A stretch of DNA of 64,000 nt from an uncultured Planctomycetota bacterium (GTDB taxonomy: Bacteria; Planctomycetota; Planctomycetia; Gemmatales; Gemmataceae). The notes under the pieces are model-generated. The model made no database searches. It worked only from the letters and a program-made list of their open reading frames with translations, and had not been told where the DNA came from. Location: assembly GCA_963849325.1 (NCBI GenBank), contig CAWKHF010000005.1, forward strand, positions 224,001 through 288,000, in the 5' to 3' direction. Shown piece after piece: positions 53,396 through 63,999 of the stretch (its first letter is position 1; every line of letters starts with the position of its first letter). The translations under genes and the position numbers were made by a program.

Positions 53396-54019
53396 CTAAC
53401 GGCTCGACTTGTCCGGCACGACCAGGCTGACCTTCTCCATGCCGGCGCCCTTGGCGGCGTCCAGCACTTCGACCACGGCGCGCTGCGGCACGTCGTCCTC
53501 GTGCTCCAGCAACAGCTGCGTTTTGTGCGTCGAGCCGACGAAGCGGCGCAGCTCGCTCTCCAGTCGGGCCGGATCAACCACCTCGTCTTCCAGCCGCGTC
53601 ACGGCCTTGCCGTTGTCCATCCGCACGGTGACGCGGATCATCTGCTGCGCCACCTTTTCCTTGGTGACGACGGCGGGTCCGGCGCGGTCGCCGGTCACGC
53701 CGGGCGCCTCCAGGCGCTTTTGCAGCACGGCGTAACTGGTGGTCAGGATGAAGAAGATGAGCAGCACCAGGCAGACGTCGATCAGGGCGTTCATGTCCAG
53801 GCGCGTTTCGTCGTCGTAGACGCGCGGCGGCGGCGGCTCCAGGTCGGCGGCGATCTCGGCCAACTGCGGATGCTCCTCGATGGCCACCCACGTCGCATCG
53901 CCCGGACCCATGACCTCGTCGGTCGGCTCCCAGTGGCCGTCCACCAGTCCTTGCGCGATCTGGGCCAGCGTCAGATCGCCCCGCGCCGCCGGCGAACCCT
54001 GGTGTCGTATCTTCCACAT
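53396..54019 (-). CDS. exbD: ExbD/TolR-family protein with N-terminal GYF-like domain
   Basis: MNALIDVCLVLLIFFIL TM with the conserved Asp; VVEVLDAAKGAG. Confidence 0.85.
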   Translation of the reverse strand: MWKIRHQGSPAARGDLTLAQIAQGLVDGHWEPTDEVMGPGDATWVAIEEHPQLAEIAADLEPPPPRVYDDETRLDMNALIDVCLVLLIFFILTTSYAVLQKRLEAPGVTGDRAGPAVVTKEKVAQQMIRVTVRMDNGKAVTRLEDEVVDPARLESELRRFVGSTHKTQLLLEHEDDVPQRAVVEVLDAAKGAGMEKVSLVVPDKSSR

Positions 54020-54020
54020 G

Positions 54021-54740
54021 TTACTTCTCCGACACGCCGAGGTATTTCTGCGCGATCCGACCGCGGAACGGCTCGGACTCCAACTTCGCCGTCAACTCGC
54101 GCACCCGTCCCGACTTGACGTCGGGGTGGGCGTTGATCGTGACCTCGACGCGATTCGACGTCCGTTCGAGATGCTCTCGAAGGCGGGCCAGAAGTTCGTC
54201 CATCGAGGCCAGTTTGCTGTCCTTCTCGTCGAGGAACTTGTTGCCGACCGACAGCGAGAAGACGGGCACGCGGTTGTCGCCGTCGCCTTCGAGGTTGATG
54301 TTGAGTTGGATCTCTTCGGGATTGACGGACAGGGTGCCGTACTCGGCGGGCGGCGTGGGAATGAAGGCGGCGGCGCCGACGCCGCTGGCGGTCAGCATGA
54401 AGAAGATCAGCAGCACCAGGCTGACGTCGATGAGGGGAATCATATCGACGTCGTCGTCCTCGTCGGGGTGCGGTTTCTTCCAGCGGAAGTCCAGCTCGAC
54501 CGGCTCCAGGGCTTCGGCCTGATCGTCCACGCGATCCGGCTCGGAGCGCGGCAGATAGGGGGAGAACTCCGGCGAGCCGCCGACGCGCAGCCATTCGGCC
54601 GTGCCGGACGGCCGCAGTCGGTCGTCCTCCAGCAGCCGGCCCTGCTGCACCCAGTCGGCGACGACCGTGAAGGGCACCTCTCGATAGACCGTGTTCGACT
54701 CGATGATCCAAACGTCGAGGAAACGCCGTTTGTCGGCCAT
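54021..54740 (-). CDS. exbD: ExbD/TolR-family protein with N-terminal GYF-like domain
   Basis: MIPLIDVSLVLLIFFML; N-terminal WVQQGRL..W. Confidence 0.85.
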   Translation of the reverse strand: MADKRRFLDVWIIESNTVYREVPFTVVADWVQQGRLLEDDRLRPSGTAEWLRVGGSPEFSPYLPRSEPDRVDDQAEALEPVELDFRWKKPHPDEDDDVDMIPLIDVSLVLLIFFMLTASGVGAAAFIPTPPAEYGTLSVNPEEIQLNINLEGDGDNRVPVFSLSVGNKFLDEKDSKLASMDELLARLREHLERTSNRVEVTINAHPDVKSGRVRELTAKLESEPFRGRIAQKYLGVSEK

Positions 54741-54744
54741 GAGA

Positions 54745-55437
54745 TCACCTCCGCGGTACGGCCCCCGCCTCGGGTCCGGGCTTGATGTTGGCGGCCGAGG
54801 GGACGGCGCCCTTGGTTTGCTGCTTGGCCTGCAACAGCAGCAACAATTTCTGGGCGGCGCTCTTCATGCGCACCTCGAAGTGGGCCAGCCATGCCTTGAA
54901 CAAGACGTGCGTGAATACCAACGGGATGGCCGTTACCAGACCCAGGGCCGTGGCGAACAGGGCCAGGCCGATGGCCCCGGCCTGCGAGCCGACGTCGCCG
55001 CCCTTGGACTTCTGGATCTCGTTGAAGGTGCCGATCATGCTAATGACCGTGCCGAGCAGGCCGACCATGGTGGCGACCTTGGCGATGGCGAGGATGGTCG
55101 GCAGCAGGAAGTTCAAGTCGGGCACGATCTCCAGCTCGATGACGTTGGCCATCGCTCGCCGCACCGCCGCCAGACCCTGCTTGGACGTTTCCAGGCCGGC
55201 GGCGAAGAGGCGACGGGGGATGATGTCGCTGCGGCCGCGACAGAAACGCAGGGCCGCGTCCACGCCGTCGCGCTCCAGCTTCTGCTGGAACTCCGGCAGA
55301 AACACGTTCATGTTGGTGTTGCCGTTGATGTTCAGCAGCAAACGCCAGATCACCAACGTCAGCCCCGTCAGCGACATCAGGAACATCGGCCAGAAGAAGT
55401 ACCAGTCGTGGGTGATGAAGGTCCACAGGGCTTGCAT
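54745..55437 (-). CDS. exbB: MotA/TolQ/ExbB proton-channel protein
   Basis: MVGLLGTVISMIGTF, IGLALFATALGLVTAIP. Confidence 0.9.
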   Translation of the reverse strand: MQALWTFITHDWYFFWPMFLMSLTGLTLVIWRLLLNINGNTNMNVFLPEFQQKLERDGVDAALRFCRGRSDIIPRRLFAAGLETSKQGLAAVRRAMANVIELEIVPDLNFLLPTILAIAKVATMVGLLGTVISMIGTFNEIQKSKGGDVGSQAGAIGLALFATALGLVTAIPLVFTHVLFKAWLAHFEVRMKSAAQKLLLLLQAKQQTKGAVPSAANIKPGPEAGAVPRR

Positions 55438-55557
55438 GTCTGTCCCCCGTTGAAACGATGGGCCGGGTGGTCGTCCCGAGGATGGGAGGCCGCGCGGGCC
55501 GCGCGACGTCCCTGTCACTGTACAGGGGCGCGCGAGCGAGTTCCAGAGAAAACGCCG

Positions 55558-55619
55558 GGCGAGCGGGGGCGTCAGCCCCCTGTTTCGGAGCAACAGGGGG
55601 CTGACGCCCCCCGCTCGCC
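55558..55619. repeat. REP-like palindrome, family D (GGCGAGCGGGGGCGTCAGCCCCCTG)
   Basis: Inverted repeat nearly identical to 53282-53347. Confidence 0.88.
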
Positions 55620-55673
55620 GAGGGCGCGCAACTCCCCTGTCCTTTGTGGGTTCGGGCGAGTACCATCGAGGAC

Positions 55674-56253
55674 ATGGACGAAACGCGCGGCCCTTCCCTG
55701 TCGGACGACCTGGCCAACAAGATCGCGCGCCTGGTCCAGGAGCGCGGCTGGAACCAGGAAGAGTTCGCGCGCATCACGCGCCTGAATCGCCACACCGTCC
55801 GCCAAATCCTCTTGCGGGGCGAGCATCGCCGCCTGCGCAACGCCACTATCGGCGCCTGCGCCGCGCCCTGGGTCTGACTGTCAACGAGCTGCGCACGCTG
55901 CCGTTGGAGCGGCTGCTGCCGCGCATGAACGAGTCGCACCCGGCCAATGGCATCGCTCCGCTGCGCCGCCTGTACGAGCGGGCCACACAGCCGGAACTGG
56001 TTGCCTGGATGGAACGCAACGGCGAGCGCGCCCGCCAGTTGGCCGACGATGAGGTCGATGAGCTGCTGGCGCTGCAAGACGTCGAGGAGCGCTGACCGCG
56101 TTCGGCGTCGAGGGTTTCGTGGAGCGCCTCGAGCGCCGCCGTCGCCTCCTTCACCAGGTCCACACCGTCGCCGGTACCGAGTACCTCGATTTGCTCGAAC
56201 AGCTGATCGGCCTGTTGTACGAGAAAGTGCAACCGTCGCGCGATCGCACGTAA
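55674..56253 (+). CDS. XRE-type HTH protein (two frameshifts)
   Basis: RGWNQEEFARITRLNRHTVRQIL..ALGLTVNEL; continues to LLEQLIGLLYEKVQ. Confidence 0.7.
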
Positions 56254-56261
56254 GGAGGTCT

Positions 56262-56332
56262 TCGTTTCGCCGCGACGCGCAGCGGAGCGCGGGCGTCTCG
56301 CCCGCGCTCCGCTGCGCGTCGCGGCGAAACGA
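56262..56332. repeat. REP-like palindrome, family A
   Basis: Inverted repeat with a compensatory TTTCG/CGAAA change. Confidence 0.88.
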
Positions 56333-56373
56333 GATGGCCTTGACCCACCCATGCGGCCGGGTAGTGTAGGAAT

Positions 56374-57758
56374 ATGTCTCCGCACGTCCCGCCAACCGCG
56401 CCTCTTCCTGCTGTCTCTCGTTCCTCGCTCTCCCGGCCACCGCGACGCTGGCGCGTGGACACCTTCCGCGCCCTGCGGCACCGCAACTATCGGTTGTATT
56501 TCGGGGGGCAGTTCATTTCCGTGACCGGCTCGTGGGCGCAGAGCGCGGCGCTGACCTGGCTGGCCTACGAGCTGACGCGCGAGTCGATCTGGCCGTCGCT
56601 GGTCGGCGCCATGCAGGTGCTGCCGACGTTCGTACTCGGCGCCTGGGGCGGCAGTCTCGCCGACCGCTGGCCCAAGCGTGTACTGATCTTTCTCTCGCAG
56701 GCCACGTTGCTGGTGCTGGCCGTGCTGCTGGGCGTATGGGTGCTGCTGGGCCAGGTCACGCCCTGGCACCTGCTGGCCGTGGCGACCGCCGCCGGCATCG
56801 TCAACGCCATCGACCTGCCGGCCCGGCTGGCCTTCGTCATCGACATGGTCGGACGCGAGGATTTGCCCAACGCCATCGCCCTGAACTCGCTGTTGTTCAA
56901 TACGGCGCGGATGATGGGTCCGGCCATCAGCGCCGTGTTGTTCGCCGTGGCCGGCGCGGGACAGACGGGACAGACGGCGGCGGGCGTGTGCTTCCTGCTC
57001 AACGGCCTGAGCTTCGTCGCCGTGCTGGCGGCCCTGGCCTGGATGGATCTGCCTCCATCCACGGCGCGCACGGACAAGCGCCATGCGGCCGATTCCACGG
57101 CGGGTGGTTTCCGCTACCTGGCCGGACACCCGCGCCTGATCCTTCTGCTGGTCTTGACCTGTTCGATGTCGCTGTTCGGTTGGCCGATCCTGTCGCTGTT
57201 GCCGGCCGTGGCCGACCAGCGTCTCGGCGAACGGACGACCGGCTACGCCTGGATGCTCAGCGCCATCGGCAGCGGGGCGCTGGTCGCGTCGCTGTTGGTC
57301 GCCTCGTTCGGCTCGCGTGTGCGGCGGCGCTGGTTCCTGGCCGGCGGCGTCGTCCTGGCGGCGTCGTCGCTCTTGTGCCTGGCTTTCGCGCGCTCGCTGC
57401 CCTTGGCCGTGGCCTGCTGCACCGTGCTGGGCTGCGGCCAGATCCTGTTCTTTCCCACCAGCCAGTCGATCATGCAGCTCAGCTCCGACGATCGCGTTCG
57501 CGGCCGCGTCATGGGCATCTGGTCGATGGTGCTCAGCGGCGCGCATCCGCTGGGCCACCTGCTCGCCGGCCGCGCCGCCGACCGCTGGCTCGATGTACGC
57601 ATGGACGGCGGAGCGCCGCGCACCTGTTCGCCGTGCGGCCCGGCGAGCATGGCGGCGTGCCGTTGGTGCTGGCCCTCATGGGGCTGGGCATCGCCGCCGC
57701 CGCGACGGTCGTGCTCGTGCTGGCGCTGACCTGGCAAGGACGGCGACGAAGCGGATAA
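56374..57758 (+). CDS. MFS transporter (frameshift near the C-terminus)
   Basis: ALRHRNYRLYFGGQ, GSLADRWPKR, DLPARLA, RGRVMG. Confidence 0.9.
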
Positions 57759-57803
57759 GATAGGGGAACGGTGGATTTCTTCATACCAACCAAGGGGTAA
57801 GTC

Positions 57804-58571
57804 ATGCCTTCGCCGTTCCCCGGAATGAATCCGTATTTGGAGCAAGAGGACGCCTGGCACGATTTTCACGACAGCTATTTGCCGCGGGTGCGGGACGTTC
57901 TCGCGGCTCAGGTTGGCGAGCAATACATCGTCAAGATTGACGAGCACATCTACATCCACGACTTGGTGGCGGAACAACGCGCCTTCCTCGGACGGGGCGA
58001 TGTCACGGTAGCCGGCGTTTCCCCTTCGACCGGCTCCGTTCCCACCGTCGGACTGATCGAAGCACCGGTGCGGGTGGAGTTGCCCATGCTCGACGACGAG
58101 CACGAGTGCTACCTTGAGATCCGTGACCGCCGTAGCCGGGTACTCATTACCGTGATGGAGTTGCTCAGCCCGGCCAACAAGAAACCCGGATCGGATCGAG
58201 ACCAGTACATCAACAAACGCCATCAGCTGCTGAAAAGGGGCGTGAATTTGGTGGAACTCGATCTGCTGCGCGGCGGGCCGCGCATGCCGATCGCCAACTT
58301 GCCCCCCTGCGATTATTACGCAATGGTCTATCGAAATTGGCAGGGGCCGCACGCCGACCTCTGGCCTTTACGTCTCCGCGATCCGCTGCCGGAAATCCCC
58401 GTTCCCCTGCGCGAGTCGGACCCCGACCTGCGTCTGGATTTGCAACAGGTCCTGCATCGCGTTTACGATGCCGCCGGATACGCCAAGTACATCTACGGCA
58501 GTACCCCCGTGCCGCCCCTCACCGCCGAGGATGCCGCCTGGGCGCAGTCGCTCCTCTCCGCTCGCGCCTAA
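57804..58571 (+). CDS. DUF4058 family protein
   Basis: MPSPFPGMNPYLE, WHDFH, ELLSPANK, LVELDLLRGG. Confidence 0.9.
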   Translation: MPSPFPGMNPYLEQEDAWHDFHDSYLPRVRDVLAAQVGEQYIVKIDEHIYIHDLVAEQRAFLGRGDVTVAGVSPSTGSVPTVGLIEAPVRVELPMLDDEHECYLEIRDRRSRVLITVMELLSPANKKPGSDRDQYINKRHQLLKRGVNLVELDLLRGGPRMPIANLPPCDYYAMVYRNWQGPHADLWPLRLRDPLPEIPVPLRESDPDLRLDLQQVLHRVYDAAGYAKYIYGSTPVPPLTAEDAAWAQSLLSARA

Positions 58572-58583
58572 ATCGCCTCGTCC

Positions 58584-60071
58584 TCACTTCGCTAGCAGTC
58601 CCAGGCTCCGGCGGTAATCCGCCGTGTGCGTCTCCACCCCCTGCTCGCGGTCCAATTTCGCCCATGCCTCGGCCACGTCCCGTAGCGTTTGGCCGGCGTC
58701 GGTCCCCTTGAGCAGCGCGTCGCGGACGGCTTGGACGAGGACGGCGCGGTGCGCCGCTTGTCGGGGTGTGCGCAGACACAGCGCCGGGTTCTTCAGGCCG
58801 CGATGCAACAGCGTCTCTTGCAGCGCCTCGCGCAGCTTCAGCGTCCGCGCCGTGTCCAGGTCGAACGAGTCCCAGCGCTCGCGGTACAGCTGCTCGGCAC
58901 GAATCGGCCCCCCGTGTTCTTTGGACCCTAAAAAGATCTGTGTACTCGTCTTCGGCCCGCTCAGGTCGGCCAGCAGGTCGAAGGCGGCCTCCGTGTGCGC
59001 TCCGCCGCGCGGCACCACCGCCAACCAGCCGGAGCCGCCCAGGTACGGCACGCGGTTGCCCTCCGGCGTCGGCTGCGGCTGACCTTGGTCGAAGTCGAAA
59101 TAACGGTCGCCGCCCGGCACCCGGCAGACGCCGACCTTGTCGTGCAGGGCCGGCGTCTTCTGGAACGGTTTCAGCCAGGGCGCATCGGTCACACACAGCA
59201 CGGCCCGGCCGTCGCGGAACGCTTTCTCAGGGTGCTCGGCTGGCGCGGCGGGCCGGCATGCTTGCAGGCGCTGCAGCAATTTCAGGGCGTGGACGAAGCC
59301 GGGCGCGTCCAGGCGCGGCCGGCCGGTCTTCACGTCGTAATGGAACGAGAACACGTCGTCCGGCCGATCGTTGCGGCGCACCTCGTCGGCCGGCACGGCG
59401 CGGCGGGCGAAGCCGGCGGCGACGGTGTAAAACAGACGATCGAGGGCGTCGTCGTCGCGCGGCAGCGGCGGCAAGCTCGGCCCTTTCGGCTCGCGGTCGC
59501 GGAAATATTCGGCGACCCGGGCGAACTGCTCCCAGGTGGCTGGCGCTTCCGGTACACGGCCGAATCGCCGGCGAAAGGCCGCCTCGTGGGCCGGATCGGC
59601 CAGCAGATCGGCGCGATAACAGCACAAGGGCGATTCGCCAATCAGGGGCCAGCCGTAGGGGGTGCCCTCCCACTGGACGAGTTGCTCGCGGTAGGCCGGC
59701 AGAAGGTCGGTCCACTTGGAAGGACTGTCGCGCGCGGTGTAGTCGGTGGGTACGGGGGCGAGTTGGCCGACGGCGGCCCAGCGCGGCAAGTCGGCCGGGG
59801 CGATAATCCAGACGTCGGCCAGGCCCGCGGTTTGCGGTTCCTTCCTCGGGTCGTAGACGAGGATCTGGAGGGTCGCGCCCTGCCGCCGCGCCCACGACTG
59901 TCCGGGTCCACGCATCAGGTCCGCCGTCGCCTCGGTTGGGCAGGCGATGCGCAGCTCCATCCGCGCATGGGGGACCGGCGCGGAATCGATCGCGGAAGTC
60001 GTCGGCCGACAGCCGGCGACGCCCAGCAGTCCGCAAAAAAGAAGACAGCCGTATCCGCTTTTCCGTTGCAT
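58584..60071 (-). CDS. Extracellular solute-binding lipoprotein (sugar ABC type), no permease in the locus
   Basis: VAGC lipobox, YRADLL, PATWEQF. Confidence 0.82.
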   Translation of the reverse strand: MQRKSGYGCLLFCGLLGVAGCRPTTSAIDSAPVPHARMELRIACPTEATADLMRGPGQSWARRQGATLQILVYDPRKEPQTAGLADVWIIAPADLPRWAAVGQLAPVPTDYTARDSPSKWTDLLPAYREQLVQWEGTPYGWPLIGESPLCCYRADLLADPAHEAAFRRRFGRVPEAPATWEQFARVAEYFRDREPKGPSLPPLPRDDDALDRLFYTVAAGFARRAVPADEVRRNDRPDDVFSFHYDVKTGRPRLDAPGFVHALKLLQRLQACRPAAPAEHPEKAFRDGRAVLCVTDAPWLKPFQKTPALHDKVGVCRVPGGDRYFDFDQGQPQPTPEGNRVPYLGGSGWLAVVPRGGAHTEAAFDLLADLSGPKTSTQIFLGSKEHGGPIRAEQLYRERWDSFDLDTARTLKLREALQETLLHRGLKNPALCLRTPRQAAHRAVLVQAVRDALLKGTDAGQTLRDVAEAWAKLDREQGVETHTADYRRSLGLLAK

Positions 60072-60455
60072 GGACCCTGCCTTCCTCCTTACAATAAGGG
60101 CTACTCGCTCCTCTGTCTTCTCATTGTAGGTGTGTCGGGTCAGGGATCGACATCCGAATGGGTGGCGAGAGGAGAGGGTGTATCGAGGGTTGACGCTCGC
60201 GTGCCAACGGCGCCGGCCTCGATCGATCAGCCTGAGTTTCCATCGGCACGATGCGCGGTCCCTCCGGTTAGGCCCTCATTCTCCGAACCCGGATTGACTC
60301 GACCGGCATCGACGCCGTGGATTCGCCCGATCTCCGGTTAGAGGAGGGCGGAACCGCGTTTGGCCGCCCCTTCCGTGCCGCTAACCACTCGCCCGGCGCT
60401 CTTCGACCCCCCAAGGAACGAGGGCGGGTCTCGCCACGAGAAACGAGGTCGTTTC

Positions 60456-61168
60456 ATGAAGTTGAGCCTGGTTGTTCTGACTCCTGGCCCCAACGAAGGC
60501 AAGGTTCTGGAGATCAAGTTGTCCCAGTTCGTCGTGGGACGCGATCCGCAGTGCCACCTCCGTCCGGCCAGTCCGATGATTAGCAAGCGACATTGTGCGG
60601 TGCTGCAGCGCGAGGGCAAGGCCTTCATCCGCGATTTCGGCAGCACCAACGGCACCTTCGTCAACGACGAGCCGGTCAAGGGGGAGCTGGAACTGCACCC
60701 CGGCGACCATCTCAAGATAGGCCCGCTGCTGTTCGAGGTGCGCATCGAGGCGTCTGCGCCGGTGAACCGGCCGACGCCGCCGCCGCCGACCAAGCCGGCG
60801 ACGCAAGACGGCCATCCCGACAACCAGTCGCCGACACCGGTGCCGGCCGCCAAGGCGAAGGCCCCGGTCGAGCCAGCGGTGGCCGACCGAGCCGGCGGCC
60901 GTGGCCGCCGACTCCTCCGAAGATTCCTCCGACGACGACATCGCGGCCATGCTGCTGTCGCTGCACGACGACGGACCCAGCGGCCCGTCGGGATTCCTCC
61001 CCGAGGTGCCCGAAGGCAGCACCGTTCACGAAATGACCGCTGCCGCCGGACGTCGCCGCCCAGATGGACAAGAACGACAAGGAAAAACCCAAACCCAAAT
61101 CGCCCGGCAATACCTCCAATGCGGCCAAGAACATCCTGGAGAAGTACATGAAACGGCCCCGCGGCTGA
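60456..61168 (+). CDS. FHA-domain protein (frameshifts in the low-complexity tail)
   Basis: VGRDPQC, ISKRHC, DFGSTNGTFVN. Confidence 0.85.
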
Positions 61169-61175
61169 GAAGCTC

Positions 61176-61236
61176 CTTTCGGAGCCTGAAGCGTAAGCGA
61201 AGGGTATCTCTTCGCTTACGCTTCAGGCTCCGAAAG
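61176..61236. repeat. REP-like palindrome, family B
   Basis: CTTTCGGAGCCTGAAGCGTAAGCGAAG / CTTCGCTTACGCTTCAGGCTCCGAAAG. Confidence 0.9.
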
Positions 61237-61290
61237 ATCGTCCCTGGATTTTGCATTCGCGCTCCGATACCGGAACTTCGAGGCTAATTC

Positions 61291-62478
61291 GTGGCGCCGC
61301 GACGCCGTCCGCTTCCACCCCCTTCGCTTGACGAACCCGCCGCGCTGCGTCCCTGGCTGGCCCGCCGTCTGCGTCCGTGGTTCCTCCGCCATCAGCGCGA
61401 TTTGCCCTGGCGCCGCGACCGCGATCCGTACCGCATCTGGGTCAGCGAGGTCATGCTCCAGCAGACCCAGGTCGGCCACGGTCATCCCCTACTTCGAGCG
61501 CTTCGTCCGCGCCTTCCCGACGCCGGCCGGTCCTGGCCGCGGCCGACGAGCAGGACGTGCTGCGCCTGTGGGAGGGACTGGGTTACTATCGCCGTGCCCG
61601 CGATCTGCACCGTGCCGCTCGCCAACTCGTCGCGCGGCACGCCGGCCAATTTCCCGACGATCCCGTTGCGCTGGCCGATCTGCCCGGCCTGGGCCGATAC
61701 ACTCGCAACGCCGTCCTGTCGCAAGCCTTCGACCGCCGACTGCCGATCCTCGAGGCCAACAGCCAGCGCGTGCTGAGCCGGCTGTTCGGCCGGGCCGACG
61801 ATCCGCGTCAGGGTGCGGCGCGGCGCTGGCTGTGGCAGGCCGCCGAGGACATCCTGCCGCGCCGCGACGTCGGCACCTTCAATCAAGCAGTCATGGAGCT
61901 TGGCGCTCTTGTTTGTACGCCATCGGCGCCGCGCTGTTCCGACTGTCCGTTGGCGGCGCGCTGTGTCGCTCGGCAACTCGGCCAGCAAGAGTCGATTCCC
62001 GCCCGGACGCCCGCTCCCGAGACCACGCGCCTCGCGCGAAGTCGCCGTGGTCGTCTGTCGCGGTTCGAGCGTGCTGCTGGCGCAGCGGCCCGGCGGCGGC
62101 CGCTGGGCCGGATTGTGGGAGTTCCCGCACGGCGCCTTGCTCGACGGCGAAGTACACGAGGACGCCGCCGGCCGACTGGTCCGCGACCTGACCGGGCTGC
62201 ACGCGCGTCCCGGACCCGAGTTGTTGACCATCCGCCACGGCATCACGCGCTATCACATCACCATGACCTGCTTCGAGGCCGCGTACCTCGCCGGCGATTT
62301 CCGCTCGGATTTTTACGTCGAGGGCCGCTGGCTGGCCGCCGCCGACCTCGCCGCTTACCCCGTCAGTTCTCCCCAGCGCCGCCTGGCCCGCTTCCTTCTT
62401 TCTCCCAGCCGCCAACGCTGCCTGTTCGGATCGACGCTGACAGCGGACGGCCGAGACGGTAGCATGAGAGAAGGATAA
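61291..62478 (+). CDS. mutY: A/G-specific adenine glycosylase (frameshifts)
   Basis: [64 protein letters not shown]. Confidence 0.93.
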
Positions 62479-62512
62479 GGGGAAATAAAGACCTGTAGCG
62501 GGGGAGAGAGTT

Positions 62513-63047
62513 ATGCGGACCCTGTTCGCGCGCGACGGCGCTGCTCGTGGTGGGAGCGGTGCTGGCCGGCTGCATTTCCACCAGCACCAATACGGGGCTG
62601 AGCAAGGGCAAGCCGGCCGCCAACATCCGCGGCCGCGATGCCGACGGCGAAGCGTTCCAGCTCGACGACTATCGCGGCAAGGTCGTGCTGCTGGACTTCT
62701 GGGCCTCGTACTGAGGGCCGTGCCGGAGCATGTTTGCTCACGAGCGGTCGCTCGTGGAGAAGTTCCAGAACAAGCCCTTCGTGCTGCTCGGCGTCAACGT
62801 CGATGAAACCCGTGACGAACTTCAGCTCATACAGCGGAAAGAGAAGCTGAACTGGCGCTCGTGGTGGGATGGGGCAGGTGGACCGATCGCGCTGCAATGG
62901 AAGCTGCAAAGTCTGCCAACGCTCTTTCTACTCGATCACAAGGGCGAGATTCGCTGGCGGAGCGCCGGCGTCCCCGACCCCAAGCGCATGGATGAACTGA
63001 TCGAGCAGCTCGTCCAGGAGGCGGAGGCGTCCGGCAAGTCCACCTAG
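62513..63047 (+). CDS. TlpA/thioredoxin-like lipoprotein, probable selenoprotein (UGA at 62712; 1-nt indel near the start)
   Basis: VLAGC lipobox; YRGKVVLLDFWASY-TGA-GPCR; LLGVNVD; LPTLFLLDHKGEIR in the same frame. Confidence 0.8.
62715..62759 (+). promoter_or_regulatory. Putative bacterial SECIS element
   Basis: CACGAGC-GGTC-GCTCGTG hairpin; loop lies 31 nt after the UGA. Confidence 0.6.
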
Positions 63048-63061
63048 GGCGCGTCGAGGAT

Positions 63062-63127
63062 GGCGAACGGCCGGCGTTAGCCGGCTGGTACAGGCTCCAA
63101 CCAGCCGGCTAACGCCGGCCGTTCGCC
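63062..63127. repeat. REP-like palindrome, family D variant (GGCGAACGGCCGGCGTTAGCCGGCTGG)
   Basis: Perfect inverted arms between convergent genes. Confidence 0.88.
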
Positions 63128-63143
63128 CAAAGAGTTAGGGTTC

Positions 63144-63999
63144 CTACGGGCTGATTTCCGTCGCCAGGCGAATGTTCGGCGAGGCCATCATGGGGATGGA
63201 CAGGACCTTGCCGAGTACCTGCTTCTCGGCGGCGGGGCTTGTCACTTTCACCTTGACCAGCGTACCGCCGTCGCCCTGCATCTCCACAACCACATCACGG
63301 GCCTGTCTTCCGCAGGCATCCTGGACCTGTCGTTTCAGGTCCGCCACGCCAGGCGGCGGGAGCGCGGCGAGGGGCGGATTATGCGGCGCGGCCGCCGGTT
63401 CCTCGTCGAAGATGATGACACCGGGGTGTCCCGCGTTCGTCTCGGGCGGTCGCACGTCATACGCCGGCTTCCACCGACGCGGCGAATGGATCGGCGGCGC
63501 GTCAGCTGGTGTCGTCGGGCGCCATCACCTGGCGCGGCGGAGTGGGCGCGGCGAATGCGGAGTTGGTGGGCGGGACCGCGGGCTGCGGGTCCGGCGGCGG
63601 CGGAGTAAGCGAGGCCATCGGCGGCAGCGCTCTCGACGGGCCGGGCGTGGTTGCGGTCTCCGGAGCGTCCATGCTTCGGACAGTGGACGGCGGAGCAACC
63701 GTCGGCTTCGCCGCGACGGGGATTGCCGGAGGAGGTATCGGGGCCGGTCGCGGAACATCCGGCGCCTTCACCACGGGTTTCGTCTCCATCGGCGGCGTTG
63801 CCGCGGGTGCTGTCACGGGTTTCGTTCGCATCTGCGATTCCCAGGTCATCGCGGGTCGGTCCCCCGTCGGAGCCGCGACCGTTAGGGAGCGGTTGTGCCC
63901 GCTCCCTAACGGTCGCGGCTCGGTAGTCGGAGCCGCGACCGTTAGGGAGCGGGGGTTGCCTCCGCTCCCTGACGGTCGCGGCTCGGTAGTTTTCTCCCA
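63144..63999 (-). CDS. C-terminal part of a Pro-rich protein with a small terminal alpha/beta domain; probably runs off the window (frameshifts near 63460-63500)
   Basis: Frame is open from 63999 through two REPs into MTWESQ...; C-terminal LKRQVQDACG..VKVKV. Confidence 0.6.
63870..63984. repeat. Two tandem family C REP palindromes (63870-63921 and 63930-63984)
   Basis: GAGCCGCGACCGTTAGGGAGCGG ... CCGCTCCCT(A/G)ACGGTCGCGGCTC twice. Confidence 0.9.

Noticed and set aside
63870-63984. CRISPR array
   Set aside because: Only two long palindromic units with a tiny spacer, identical to dispersed REP family C; no cas genes
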